From the NCBI GenBank assembly GCA_016748015.1, contig JAAOMT010000436.1, positions 1,064,033 to 1,128,032 of the forward strand: a stretch of 64,000 nucleotides of DNA. Reading direction: 5' to 3'. Below the pieces are notes generated by a model, which ran no database searches, was not told the DNA's origin, and saw nothing but the letters and a program-made list of their open reading frames with translations. The position numbers and the translations under genes are program-made. This DNA comes from Geosiphon pyriformis uo1. Lineage: Eukaryota; Fungi; Glomeromycota. Shown here piece after piece: positions 1 through 13,949 of the stretch. Every line of letters begins with the position of its first letter. Position 1 is the first letter of the stretch.

Positions 1-1642
1 AAAGTTACCAAACCTTGAAAAGTATGCAGAGAGAAGTTCAAACCCTTCATCTAGAAATAAGTAAGAGACATTCGTGTTAAAGGTTACCTCTCTCTCTCTC
101 TCTGAAACAGCATTATTGATCAAGTTATTACCCAATTTAGAACAACTTCAAGAAGATCGCCAGAACATGCAAAAGGAAATTGATACTTCTTTCAATATCC
201 TAGATCAATTATCAAAGGAAGAGGAAAATATGAGAGAAGACCAAATCAAGTTGCAGGTTTGATCAATCATTGTTGCTCAACGTTTTAACATCTATTCTAA
301 GAATCTCATCCCAATATGTATATGGTTCAAATTGTAATTATAGGCTATTGTTGATCAAACTCAGTTAGAACTACATAAAGAAAGAGAAATGTTGTCCGCT
401 TTCGATGAAGAAATTAAAGAGCTTGAGACTGCTCATAAGTTTAAAGTCTCACAATTGACTGAGGCTCAACTAGAAATGTCCAAGATTAATCATGAAGTTG
501 AAAGGTTTCTTCGAGAAAAACAAGCAGCTCAACAAGCTGTGCTCGCAATGGAAAGAGATTATGAGTGGATCGTTGATCAAAAGCAGTATGTTTGAATTTG
601 TTGATTTTTACATGAACAGTGTGGGGGTGAGGATCAACAATAAAATCAAACAATCTTAGTCATTTTGGAAAGCCCAATACTCCGTACGATTTCGTCAATC
701 AAAATCCTAATGATTGCAAGAAAATGTTACGGCAGCTTGAAGAAAAACATAACAACATGCGAAAAAAAATAAACGAAAAAGTCATGCCGATTATAGAAAG
801 GTAAATCGTGTTTAGGATAAAGATTTCAATCATAAATTTTGAAAGTATCACCAATATCTTTTTCCATGTAGTGTGGAAAAGAAGGAAACCGCACTGAACC
901 AAATGTTGGCAACGGTTCAAAAAGACAAGAAAAAAATCGAAAACACTATTGCTTCCCTTGATGACTACAAAAAGGATGCCCTGGAAAAAACTTGGGAGAA
1001 GGTTAATCGGTAAGCAAAAAATTATTTCAATTTATATCTGAGCTCAAGAAAGTTAAAAAATTTTAATCAAATCAATTTTCAGCGATTTTGGCGCCATTTT
1101 CAGCGACTTATTGGACAATAGTTTTGCCAAGTTGGAACCACCAGAAGGTGAAACCCTTCTTGAAGGGCTAGAATTTAAAGTTTGTCTGGGAGGTGTTTGG
1201 AAACAAAGCCTAACAGAACTAAGTGGTGGACAGAGGTAAACGTGTGTGTGGGGAAAATTAATCAATTTTAATATTTCTCAAATTAATTGAAGTTTTCTAT
1301 TAGGTCGTTGATCGCTTTGTCGTTGATCCTCTCTTTGTTGCAGTTCAAACCTGCTCCGATGTATATCCTCGATGAAGTGGACGCTGCTCTTGATCTTTCT
1401 CACACACAAAATATCGGACAATTGCTTAGAACAAGGTTCAAAGGATCTCAGTTTATCGTTGTATCACTCAAGGATGGCATGTTTAACAATGCCAACGTTT
1501 TATTCCGTACTCGATTCCGCGATGGGACTTCAGTCGTCGAGGTTTGAGCAATATTTGATTTCTGATTTCCAATTAATGAATTCATTTATAGATAATCTTT
1601 TGTTTTATCCAGCGCAATTGTTACTTAAAATCAAATCGATGA
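1..1642 (+). CDS. SMC2: Condensin subunit SMC2, 3' portion (multi-exon; gene starts upstream of window)
   Basis: Coiled-coil exons, then signature LSGGQR|SL (split by intron at ~1235-1302) and Walker B/D-loop [21 protein letters not shown], which is SMC2-specific. GT-AG introns. Last exon inferred 1613-1642 (RNCYLKSNR*). Confidence 0.93.
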
Positions 1643-2691
1643 CAAACCGTTTTATTCACATAAATGGCAAGTATTAAATATGCAACAAAAACAAAAAATT
1701 GTAATTTATTTTGGTCGAATGTAATTTGAGAAGAAAATAAATTCAAAGACTGAAATGATAACTAGAACTTGAAATGGTTGAATTTTTAACTGGTGCATTT
1801 AAAAGACGGACGACTCACCAATTATTCTGTCTTTGAATTTTAAATGCCGCTTTTTTATAATTTTTTTGTCTAAAATTAGATGAAATAACCTTTCAAGATA
1901 GTCGAAAATGAAATTGGTCATTGGAAAAATTTAAAAGTTTTAATTTTCATAATTCAAATTATCCCTTGATCCATTGAATTTAATAGGTGTATATGGAAAT
2001 ATGAAAGTACTGAACGGTTCAAAGGTTTTTTTTGTTAAAGTTCAATGTTGATAGCGCTTAGAATTTTTTCAATATCCACTTGTTCGCAATCCATGTTATT
2101 TTTAGATTGATATGTCATATTTTGATTTTGATCAAAAGTCTTCGCATTTTTGAAAGTTTTTTCATATTTTTTGTTAATCAAATTCTACAACACAAAATTT
2201 TAAAATTAAATTATTTAAAAAAAAACCGTTTCAAATTACAGAAAACACAACTTTGATGAATATGATTTCTCGTGAAAGATTATTCTAATTTACTGAATAA
2301 AGCCTAACCCCAATCCGAATTTGGATATTTTTTTATAAAATAGAAATAAAAAACAAATCTTAATTATGAGCAAAATATTCATTTATTAATCAAGTCGTTA
2401 ATAAATTGGAAATTTTGTTAATATATCATAAATGGGAATCAAGTATTATGAATAACATTAATATTTAATTAAAGCTAATCAAAAAATTTTATATTTACAT
2501 ATATATTTTTTATTTGTAAAATACACTAGTAATAATTTTTAAAAAAAATTGTTTTATTTATATATATATATATATGGATTTTAAGTTTAAAAAATAAATG
2601 ATTTTTTTTTATATTAAATTACTTAATTAAAAATTTATATCAAGTTTAATTTATAATTAAAATTATTATGTATAAAGAATTTTTACCTTTT

Positions 2692-4800
2692 TTATTATTA
2701 TTATTATTATTATTATTTAATGTACAAACCCAACCACTATCTAATATAAACCCAGTTCAGACTAAACTATGTTAATATAAAGAGAAAAACCTACTTTGAA
2801 AAAACATCTTATGTATATATACAACCAATAAACTACTATTTATAATTATATTACTTATTTATTTAGCAGTTTCATTTTTATTTGACTTAACACTAAGTAG
2901 TTGATGTTTCCAAAAAGCCATCAACTAAGAAAATATATTTTTATTAATATTATATTTCAATTTAACTTTAATCATATTATAATTTATCCTATTTAAAACT
3001 TTACCAAAAGCAAAAATCTTATTTTAAATAATCTTAACTATATTTTTCAGTTTATTATATAAAACAGAAAATATATTAAGCAATATAATAACCAAAATAA
3101 TTAATATATCAATTAATTTAATAATAAACTTAATTAATAAAATCAAAATAATCAATTTAGATTTTAAAAAAACCAAAGAAAAACCAATTAAAAAATTTAC
3201 AATAACAAAAACAACAATAAAAGAAATCAACAAGACAAAAACCTTAACATAAAATTTAATATCTGTATAATAAAATTTAAAATCATGAAAAAATTTATAA
3301 TTTACAATTAAATAATTTGTATTTTAATATTTAAGACAATATTAATATTTTAGAGTTTTTTATTAAATATAATATTTTTTTAATATAACAGTTTTAATAA
3401 TAATAGCTTTTAAATTAATTTTTAAACCAAAAATAATAATAGTATATTGTATTTATTAAGCAAAATTAAAAAAATTAAAAATAAAACAATTTACAAATTT
3501 CAAAGACAATATAACTTAAAAAAAAGTTAATTAATTTGGTTTTAAATATATTTTAAAAAAAAATGAATTTTTATTAATTTATAAAAAAAAAATTTTAATA
3601 TTATTCTTATTTATTAAAATTATAATTATATATTAAAATAGCTATAATTGTATTAAAAAACTTAAAATATACAATAGTATATTGTTAAATACTAGTAAAC
3701 TTTAATATAATTTTAAAAATTTTACCAAAAATACCAAAAATTATCTTAATATTAATTACAAATATACTTATTATATAGAATAATAACAAAAAAAACTCAA
3801 AAACTCAAAAACTATCATAAACTTAACAATTTTAAAAATAGAAAAAAAAACTAAATTAACAAATCTAGTTTAAAATACAGTATTTAAAAAAACTTAAAAA
3901 ACAAACTTTATACAAAAAACTTTATATTGTTTTTAGATATAAACTTAATATTAATAAAACTATATATAAATTAAAATACAGTTTTAATAAGAGTCAATTT
4001 AATCTTAAAAAAAGCATTAAACATTAAAAATTTTTTATTCAATAAATTTTTAATAATTAATGATTGTTTTTTAAGTATTATTAAAAACAACATTAAAAAA
4101 CAAAAAAAAAAGTTAATTTTGTTTTTATTTAATTAGTTTAATTTTTAAAATTAAGTAATCTAATAATTTGATTTAAATAAAAACATATATAAAAACATAT
4201 TTTGTTTTATTTTTAAAACTGGTAAAAATCAACTAAAAATTAATATATTAAATAATATAACTAAGAATTGATTTATATTAAGATTAGTTAATATGTTTTT
4301 ATTATTATTGTTTAAAACAAAAAAAAATTATTATTTATAATCACAACAAAATTAAATATTATTATTAGTAATAATAATATAAAATTAACAAAAAAGCCAA
4401 AAAAAATCAAAGCTTTATTGTTTACAAAAAAAAGTTGACATTAAAATATTAGAATCAAAACCAAAAAAAAAGTTTTGGCATATTAAAAAAATTATTATTA
4501 AGAATAATAGAAGTTTAAAAAAATTGGTTTTAATTAATCTGGCTTTTTTAATTATTTAAATAACAATAAAAAAAAAATATAATTTGGTTATTGGCTTTTT
4601 ATTAAATATTTTAGAACTTTTAAAAAAAACAAAAATTACATTAAAATTATCTCAAATAAGTTTCTTTAATAAAACTTTAAAAGAAAAAAAACTCTTAATT
4701 AAAAATAAAAAAAGTGCTTTTAAACTAATAGAAAATTGGTCAATTATTATGTTATTTAAAAAAAGTGTTTTTATAAAATATTAGAAATAATTTTAATTTA
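2692..4800 (-). mobile_element. Heavily AT-eroded LINE-derived element (ORF1-like remnant, short 3' UTR, (TAA)n tail)
   Basis: Extremely AT-rich block between genes. Minus-strand translation keeps ORF1-like stretches (IKFISKNNIKFFCIKFV near 3.9 kb; coiled-coil-like end at 3024-3233). Minus strand ends ...TTTGTACATTAAA(TAA)n at 2692-2725, similar to the CATTAAATAAA end of the intact LINE at 49.8 kb. Boundaries approximate. Confidence 0.5.
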
Positions 4801-5634
4801 AAATAATTTGTTTTTTTTTAAAAACAGCTTAAATAATTAAAATTAATTATTATGTTATTTTAAGGTAAAATATAATTTTTTATTATATATTTATGTTACA
4901 ATTAAATAATAATAATAATTTTTTGGTTTAATAATTTATCTTAATTTAATTGTAATTATTTTATTTATCAAAATTCGTAATTAAATAAAATTTTTTATAT
5001 ATTTACAAAAAGTTTGTTTTCCAAATATTTATTTATTAACCAAATTTGTTATTTGAATTGATCTTTGTTTAATATATTTTACAAATAATAATATGTATTT
5101 CAATACTTTTAAATTTTGTTTGAACAAATCTTAAAACCCAACTTTTTTTTAATATTATAAATCCTCAATATAATTTTTAGTTCTAAACTTGTTATTACTA
5201 TTTTTAATCACAACACATAAGCCTTGACGTTTATTACAAAATTTGATTATGAAAGAAAACCTCATAATTGGTGCCAACCCACAGGTGTCACATAGATACC
5301 TCAATTGACCCTACACATGGCATATTGAAACAGAAATTGATTTATTTTCTTTATACAAGAACAATTGACAAGGCTGTAACGAAGTTGCCTTCTCAATTAG
5401 GGTATCTCTTAAACCTTCGAGTTTTCATCCTCACACCAATAATTACATGTCCCTATTAATGAGAGCGTGAATGGATGGTAATAGGTCTAGCAAAATAATG
5501 GAAAGAATGCAAACAAGATTTGAAAACTGAAGTGCCTGTCACGAAGATTTTCAACAGGTAAAATGACAATTTGCCATTCACCCACCGTATATATATCAAA
5601 AGGTGTTTCCAAATCGAGTTTTCGTACCCGAATA

Positions 5635-7074
5635 TTATTTTGATCTTATGTACTTGCCCACAACCAAAGCATGATCACGTTCGTAAGGCTCCAAGGTAAG
5701 TTGTTCCTGAGGTTTTATATGTTCCTCTTGTAATTTCTTTACCTCTCTAGCAAAAACAGTAGCAGCATCTACGGTAGAGTCAATACAATTCGCCTTAATT
5801 GATATGACAATGTAACCGTTATTTTTGAGGAAATGATGCGCATTTAAAGCGATAATACGGGCTTGATCAGGTTGTGCTACGTCAGCAAATATGATATCGA
5901 CCATATCCACGAGCATACGATATTTTTGTGGATGACGAGCATCTTCAATTATTGGAATAACATTTGTTCGTTTCTTTGCAACATTTATAAGGTCACGTCC
6001 TGAACGATGTGAGAATTCAACAGCATAAACAATACCAGCCTTTCAAGAAAAAATAAAAATAAAAATTAGACAATTTAATATTTGGGTGATTAATTATTTT
6101 TTTTTAACAAAAATAACACGTTCATATAAGAAAATTCCTAACCGAGCCCACGATATCAGCCACGTGGGATACGGTGGTTCCAGAAGCGGCACCAAGATAT
6201 AAAACCTTCTTTCCAGGTGAGATATGAATATGATCTATGCCGCCCAAAATACCAGCAGCCAATTTTGATCTGAATGGATTCCATACTCTGTATTCAACTT
6301 TTACACCGTCCCCATCTTCTATAGATATTCTCTTTTCACCATATACAGATTCTCCGGATACCAAATTTTTCGTAATCAAAAGATCTTCTTTACCACGTGC
6401 AATAAATACTCCTTTTAATCGATCAAAAATAATTTTACATTAGATAAAGTAGTTTAAATTCTTCAACAATTATATTTTAACGAAACCTTGATGTCTGTGC
6501 GGTTCAACAATGACTTTAGATCCTCCTCTAGCACCACCCCTTCCTCCGCGTCCCCCTCGACCGCGTGGACCTGAGCCACCACGAGCTGGTCCTCCACGTC
6601 CAGCGCCACGAGGGCCTCCAGCACCACGAAAACCTGCAGCACCATGTTTTTGAACGCCTTTTTCAATAAATTGGATATATATATGATAAGAAACCATGAA
6701 GAGTTGCTTTTTTTTTATAAAAAATGGTACCAACCTCCACGAAAAGTAGGACCACCTTATACAAGGAAATAAAAAGACAAGGCTTTACTTTTTGAATTCC
6801 TTTTTATCATTATTCTCAGAACATACGAAACAATTTATTCATCGAGGCAACTGTGCTTGTAAAATACCTCCACGACCTCCACGACCCCCACGAGCAACAC
6901 CAAAACCACCACCACCACGTCCACCTGCCGCACCACCTCGGCCACGACCACCACGGCTAGCACCGCCACCACCTCGTCCAGCAGCGTCTCAAGAAAAGTT
7001 CATAAAAGTTAGTAGGAAGAATACTTTGAGTAAGTACACAAGAAAAATTCTAAACTATACTCACTATAAACCAT
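5635..7074 (-). CDS. NOP1: Fibrillarin, rRNA 2'-O-methyltransferase (multi-exon)
   Basis: RGG/GAR N-terminus, [73 protein letters not shown] at 7074 followed by GTGAGT intron; 21-nt microexon at 6735-6755. Confidence 0.97.
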
Positions 7075-7314
7075 AATTTTGGCAGATAAATCTTAAGTGC
7101 AAAACCCTTGGGCTATATAGATAGAGGTAGAAGTTTAAAAACGAAGTTTATGAATTATGTACTTTGACAATAATACTCTCAACAACCATGCTTAAGAAAA
7201 ATCTTTTTTCTCGCGCATTTCACAAATTTCTGATTGGATAATAAATGTAACATTGTGTGATCACTATTTTTATGTTTTTCAAGGTTTTGGTCATTTATTT
7301 TTGGTCATAATAAA
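7075..7314. promoter_or_regulatory. 240-bp divergent intergenic region shared by NOP1 and SF3B5 (putative bidirectional promoter)
   Basis: Head-to-head ATGs at 7074 (-) and 7315 (+). Confidence 0.6.
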
Positions 7315-7934
7315 ATGGTAACCATTCTTTGATTTTTGGTATTTTTCACGTAGTGTCGACTGACCTCTTTTATTTTTAAAAAGGATCGATTCAACTTAAA
7401 CAGTCAGCTTGAACACTGTCAGTACAAACCCTATTAGCGTTCTCCTTGATTTTATATTGTAGCTATCACGTGGTAACAACCAGTAGATTTGTATGACGAA
7501 GAAAGACAGAGGCTAATATTTTCTCTTTGGTTTGCTTCTATAATCAAGTGCAATCAAAATATGTTGGGACAGGTCATGCTGACACTAATAAATTGTAAGT
7601 AAAATTTAATTTTGCGCAAACGAATTGGTTAAAGTTAAAAGCATCTCGAGTTTTATCATAAGTTCATCACTAATAAGATTATTTAAAAAGTGAATGGATG
7701 GTAAACCAACATCGGGATAGTTACGCTTCATATGTTGGTCATCATGCTTTGATATCGTATTTCGCAGTCGCACAGAACGAATGCATCGCTCGAGTGAAAT
7801 TCGAATTTGTTGAGGTGAGTTTGGTTTCCCAAAGTAGGTAGATTACATGTTGTTTAAAGATTAATTTTCTCGTATGAATGTTTTCACAGAAAATGCTACA
7901 ACCTTGTGGATTGCCTGTACCAAGAGACGAATAA
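7315..7934 (+). CDS. SF3B5: Splicing factor 3B subunit 5 (SF3b10/Ysf3), 5 small exons, not in ORF track
   Basis: Manual splice: ATG(7315-7317)|DRFNLNSQLEH(7384-7417)|LQSKYVGTGHADTNKF(7549-7594)|EWMVNQHRDSYASYVGHHALISYFAVAQNECIARVKFEFVE(7691-7814)|KMLQPCGLPVPRDE*(7890-7934). All introns GT-AG; matches the SF3B5 consensus. Confidence 0.95.
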
Positions 7935-8282
7935 ACAATTTAACCAAAGTAACTGTCAAAGATCCACACTTTTTATCAAATGGCGTAGAATGTTAATGAA
8001 CTTAATCTCTATTATCGTATTTTTTTGGTATTCCTCGGAATTACCTATAATATTCTACCTTGGAATTTGCACTTGGAAATTATTCAATTGAAAGCTTTAC
8101 AAAGCTTGTCCTTTAGGATGGTTTTATTAGAATTTACCTGAAATATCTTCAATAATTGAGATGTCAATCATAATAAACTGCAGATCATTGGCATCTATTG
8201 GTACGGTTGATGATTGGCAGATTCATTATTTATTTAAATTAATAGACCAACTTTTGTTTTTCTTCGCGTACATTTTTTTAAC

Positions 8283-11200
8283 ATGCAAAACAGCTTCAAA
8301 ACCAAGGTGTTGGTCTTAACCTTATTGATCACTCAAATGATAGGCCTAGCCTTGTTCGCTCGAGGTTTTTTTCCCTACAAATCATACCTATCGGGTTTCT
8401 CGGAGAAGAAGCAAATACCCCCCTTGCCCACAGGAGCAGAATCACTTTTAAACCCAAAGTTTAGTCGACTCGTTTTCATGCTGATTGATGCTCTTCGAAG
8501 GTATTATTCTATATCGAACTTAACATCTTTTCCTGATAAATTTACTTTAAACCTTTTTCTTTTTAGTGACTTTGTCTACGGTGAAAACTCTGGAATGACT
8601 TTTGTCAACAGGTTTGCTTTTCTCCACCTTTTCCAGATTAAATGATTGTTTTTTATGCAAAAATTTCATTGGTAAAAATTATCCCGGTTTTTTACCAGAA
8701 TGATTGCAGAACGCCGAGCTATCCCTTTCACTGCTTTAGCAACAGCACCTACTGTCACGCTACCCAGAATTAAAGCTCTCACTACCGGTATTTAGTTTAG
8801 AATAAAAGAATAAAAGAATATTTAATTATAAATCTAATCTCAATCTCTTTGAGGCGCTATACCCAATTTTTTGGATGCTATACTCAACATTGCGGAATCT
8901 GACACTTCCTCCTCCTTGGCTCATCAAGATAATTGGTTGATCCAAATGAAGAGAACCGCCAATATGAATATATCTTTTTTTGGGGATGATACATGGATTA
9001 AACTGTTTCCTAATATTTTCCATACAACAGATGGGACTACCTCATTTGTTACGGCGGTAGATAAGTGAGCTATTCTTGCAAAAGAAATTCTTGTTTCACT
9101 CATAAATTTTAATAATTTATATTCTCACTGCGCTTTATAGGATACTGTCGAAGTGGATCTAAATGTGACCAGACACGTATTGCCGGAATTAAAAAAGCCT
9201 CACTGGGATGTATTAATCTTCCACTATCTGGGCTTAGATCATATAGGGCATTCTAGTGGTCCTCACAGGTGTGAAGTGCATCATTTGCAATATGTCGTAA
9301 TTGATTTATTTCCCATTGAATGAAAATTTCTTCGTAGCCCTATGATGAAACCTAAACAAATTGAAATGGATGATATTGTGAAGACTATTTTTGAAACCAT
9401 CTCCGAACAGGACAACAAGAGAGCTATTACCGACTCTAATTCAAAACCAACTCTTTTTGTACTATGTGGAGATCACGGAATGAACGAGGTTTGTTCTAGT
9501 TAAGGAGCAATTTGGGGGGAGGGGGCAATTAATATATTAAAGATGAATAAATTTTTTATAATCAGCTCGGAAATCATGGTGGGGCATCCAAAGGGGAAAT
9601 ATCAACGGTAATTTTTAATCCTAATTCATTTTTGTGATAAACCAATAATTTCAACTAGCGGTTCAAATTTTTTAATTTTCTAGGCAATTGTGTTTATGAG
9701 TTCTGCATTCGGAAATTTTACTCGATCTCCTAAAACCTATGAAACTCCCCACAATGTCGGGTCTCTAAGTTTCTACGATCTGATCAATCAAATTGATTTG
9801 GTTCCCACTATTTGTTTTCTTTTCGGTATACCAATCCCCAAGAATAATTTAGGAAAAATAGTGCTGCAAGTTGGAGATTTAGATGGTATATCTTGAGCTC
9901 AAGATCGTCTATATATGACTACTAGATTCTAATATTTTTTGATTTTAGGAATCACTTCTTTACGAGCACTGCAATTAAACGCACGTCAAATTGCCGTTAT
10001 TTTGCAAACTTTATGGACTTCATTCAACATCAACTTTCACAAAAGCGATTTATCTCATATTTCAGATATTGCTTGCGACTCGATAGTCGAAGAAAAAAAT
10101 CGATTGCAATGTCTTTACGACCAGGCACATCAACTTCATGCCAAAGCTTACTATACTGGTTCCGCAGAAATAATCGAAAGGTCGCTCTATTTATATGAAA
10201 AGGTGACTTGGAGCGCCTCGATTTAATTCTCAACTAAGGCTTTAAGAAAACGACCATTAAATTTCCGATTAAAATATTTTTTTGTTGGCATTCAAATCTC
10301 ATAGTTCATTGATGAAGCAAGCTCACGAATTTCTTCGAGTTCTCGTGAATATGGGCTAGGCAGCATGTATTGTGGAATAATTGTTATTACCTTTGCAACA
10401 TGTTGGTTTATAGCGCTATTGATCGACCAATACAAAAGCGGGGAATCCGAAACTGTAGCGCTCAGAATTCATCGTTTTTGGACTCGTGAACGATCACTTG
10501 GGTTCTTTGGTGCCATCGGATTGTCTGTTACCATGTTTGCCAGCAGTTACATTGAAGAAGAGCACCAATTTTGGTATTTTTGGATGCAAACTTTGTGGAT
10601 CGGCTTCCTAGTAAAGAGGTTTGTTACCATTCCTTTACTCATCAAAAGCCTTTCCTACATAATCGCCTTGATTCCTATCATAAACTTGTAGTATTGGAAA
10701 CCATCTCACTTCAAATCTTTCAAATAAATTGGCAATTATTGGCCAATTAGTTTGTCTCCGTTTGATCAGAAGCTGGAATCAAACAGGTTTGAAGATAAAA
10801 CCAGTTTTAGTAATGTACATTAGCACGATATTATGTTAACAAGCTTTCTAATTCATCCTCAATAGGTCAAAAGTATGCAGGTGAAATTGATCTCGGGCAC
10901 TATCTGAAAACATCCCATATCGAACTCATGTGGATATTTTTCTTTGGAACAATTCTCTTCCTTGCCAGATACACTATCCGACAAATTTGGATCTCGCTTC
11001 ACACAAGACAAAAAGAGTTGCTCACAAAGTCCGCACGAATTCTTAATCAGGGGTTACATTTTCTTTGCATATTTATGACGTTCTTGATTACCTTTCTCTT
11101 GATATCATACAAGACACAAGTGGCCATTCAAAATCTCGATTATTCAAACTTTCTCAAAGGCTTTAGCCCCTCGGATTTAATAAGTGAAGAAATCTTGATG

Positions 11201-12044
11201 AATTACGCAAGAACTATATACATCTTTCTTCTAACGCTCTTTATAACAATAACATGTATCAGAGTTGTGCATGGCTTCCAAAGACCCTCTGATAACCGCA
11301 GAATAGGTAGTTAATCCTTTTGTTGATCAGTTTACTCATTTTTCTGAATCGGCTAACATTTCATTACAATATCTGGTGTCAGCTAACAACACTTTTTCGA
11401 GGATCACACTCTGTGTAGTCACATATATGCTTATTCTCCTATCTCGACCACATAATGTTCCTCTTTTTGCATTATTTGCAATCCAACTCTACCTGTTCAT
11501 TTATATTCATAGATCTTTTGAAATTTCCGGTTTTTTTTCCTCATATTATTTTACGTTTCTAGCCCTGCAGAATTCCTCCTTTTTCGCTCTCGGGAATTCA
11601 AATTCTTTAGCTTCAGTAGACCTCAGTAATGCTTATATTGGCATCCGTAATTATAATGTCGTCTGGGTTGGAGTCTTGACTTTTCTAGCAAACTGGGCTG
11701 GCCCGATTTGGTGGGCTGTAGCCAGCAATCTTATACGACAAGAGATTATTAACCCACGAAATTTGGAAGCTAGCGGACAAATATTATTCAAAGGGACACA
11801 GTATTGTTCTATAAATTTCAAACAGCCGAAACCGCCACTTTTTCTCGATTATATTTTATATACTTCCACATTTCATGCGATTGTTCTCTTAATCCTTTCT
11901 ATCGCGATGATGATTTTTCGGAATCATTTATTCGTCTGGACGGTATTCTCGCCAAAGTACCTGTATCAGATTGTATGGAATATTCTTCACCATTTTGGAA
12001 TCGAAGTTGTCGTTTGTGGACTATTGGATTGGGTTGAACAATAG
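8283..12044 (+). CDS. GPI7: GPI ethanolamine phosphate transferase 2 (PIG-G/Gpi7/Las21), multi-exon
   Basis: LFARGFFPYK, VFMLIDALR|SDF, PTVTLPRIKALTTG, FFGDDTWIKLFP, HYLGLDHIGH, GDHGMNE|LGNHGG, ASSYIEEEHQFWY, GNSNSLASVDLSNAY, RNHLFVWTVFSPKYLY. Confidence 0.93.
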
Positions 12045-12352
12045 CGATGTTATTTCGAAATGCTTTGTTACGACCAGGTTAAATATACCGGCTCTTGGTA
12101 TTTTGGAAATTAACGCACATCAATTTTTCTTGGTGGATTGCGTCGACAAGGTCGACCATTAATAATATAACAACTTTAGCACAAGTGATCTTTTTTATGG
12201 GTTTCAAATATTTAGAGATCAATGGATTCCAATAATTTCAGATTAGATGTTAAACTAAGTTGCACGCGTCAATGAACGAGTTATGCTCAGTGATCTAGAG
12301 AAAACAAACGATGAAATAATCACCTTTATCCTTGGTTTAACGTGCACGTAAA

Positions 12353-13705
12353 TTACGAAGTTAAGAATGAAGTTTCTGATTTGGTTTTCTTATTTGCCTT
12401 CACGGCCGATTTCTTTGTCACTACCGCCGAAGGACATAGACTACTAACAGGACATTCGGAACATTTCGGATTTCGGGAGAAGCACTTCGTTTGACCAAAC
12501 CCTACCAAGAGTGCATTGATTTCTGTCCAATATTCTTGAGGGAGCCAGGATTCTAGGGCCTTTGCATTGGAAATAAAAATTTGAACCCAATTTTGAAAAA
12601 AATCAAGAATACTAAACTAACCATTCTAGTTGCTTCTGGGCCTGCCTTTTCTGTTTTACACCAACCTAACCGATTGCTTATTCGATGAACGTGTACATCA
12701 ACTCCGATTCCTGCGTTTCTATTTAAAATTAGAAATGTGAGTTTTGATCGTATTAAAAGGAAGCTACAAATTCTTTGAGACCCACTTTTCCCAGGCGCAT
12801 TGCATGCAAAGATAAGCCTATTAGAAAATAGATCAGTAAAGAAGAATTACCAAAGAGAATTCAGTTATCTTGTATATTTAGAAAAGCAAACCATTTTAGG
12901 GCCAACGCCAGGCAAACTCATCAAACCTTCTACAGTGTCGGGTATGTCTTCGTTATACTTTTCCTTGCATATTACGGCAGTTTTTTTAATGTAACTGAAA
13001 AATGTCGAAATACGCGGCATGTCAAAAAACTAAAATCCCAGGGAAATCATAATAACCCACGTATACATCGGTTAATAAGTACCCCGTTTTTTGATTATGA
13101 AATCCCACTTTAGATATACAATCATCGAACAATCCCTTGTCAGCGTCTATCACGCTTTGTATAGTTAATCCTCCTGGCAGCCGTTCTTTCAAGTTATGAA
13201 CTGCTTGGGCGGTAACATTATCTTTAGTTTGTGAGGAAAGCATCAGGGCAACAAGAGTCTGAAATCTCGATATCTAAAAAAAAAGATCCAGAACTTTTTG
13301 AAACCCATTTAAAAATCTTTGCACCAAAATCTCTAAAGAGTGATGTACCTGTGGGGTTACAATTTCACTCACTGGATCTGCCAATCTTTCGCACCCCATC
13401 GTATCAACCGGAGCGGTGATGCCTATACGATACTTTTTAAGACTTTCAAGAACTTCCTTCCAATTAGAAGGTTCAGAGGGAACCATTTTAGTTGTCAACT
13501 GTGTTCGAGTCATTTTTTTAGTTGAGCGTTGCTTTTTTATCGTATTAATCGATAATGCGTCACTAGCTTTGATTTTAACTGGTTGCTCAGAAGGAAATTG
13601 AGGTTCTTCAAGTTCAACTTTAAGGTGAGCGCGCGTTCTTTTCCGCGTCATGGGGCCATCATAAAACCTCTCTGTAACTTCGTTCTTAACAGAGACTGTA
13701 GCCAT
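12353..13705 (-). CDS. NTH1: Endonuclease III-like DNA glycosylase/AP lyase with 4Fe-4S motif, multi-exon
   Basis: [30 protein letters not shown], helix-hairpin-helix [25 protein letters not shown]-terminal [17 protein letters not shown] (C-x6-C-x2-C-x5-C). Start at MATVSV (13705) inferred. Confidence 0.93.
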
Positions 13706-13949
13706 TGCTGAGAAATTTACTCTTCCTAAATTTAAAGGACTATCGTAATTAGCAACTTTTCGATTGAAGTTCAAAATATAGAAGCTTTTTTTCATACTCG
13801 AGAAGAATTTTCCTTCTTTCTATTGCCAAAAAATTTCTGTGAAACCCGATTATCAAAATAATTTGATACCTGATAGAATGACATCTAATATAAATTTATC
13901 TAGTGTACACTTAAAAATTTTCTGTGTTTCCTGATTTGCGAAAGTTGGC
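13706..13949. promoter_or_regulatory. Divergent NTH1/DBP9 promoter with RRPE-like AAAAATTTT at 13913-13921
   Basis: Head-to-head genes 244 bp apart. RRPE-type motif just upstream of a ribosome-biogenesis gene, but low specificity in AT-rich DNA. Confidence 0.4.

Noticed and set aside
1739-1847. 12-bp inverted repeat (AAATTCAAAGAC/GTCTTTGAATTT) downstream of SMC2 as a C/D snoRNA
   Set aside because: No canonical C (RTGATGA) or D (CTGA) box at the required positions; may be a chance or 3' UTR hairpin.
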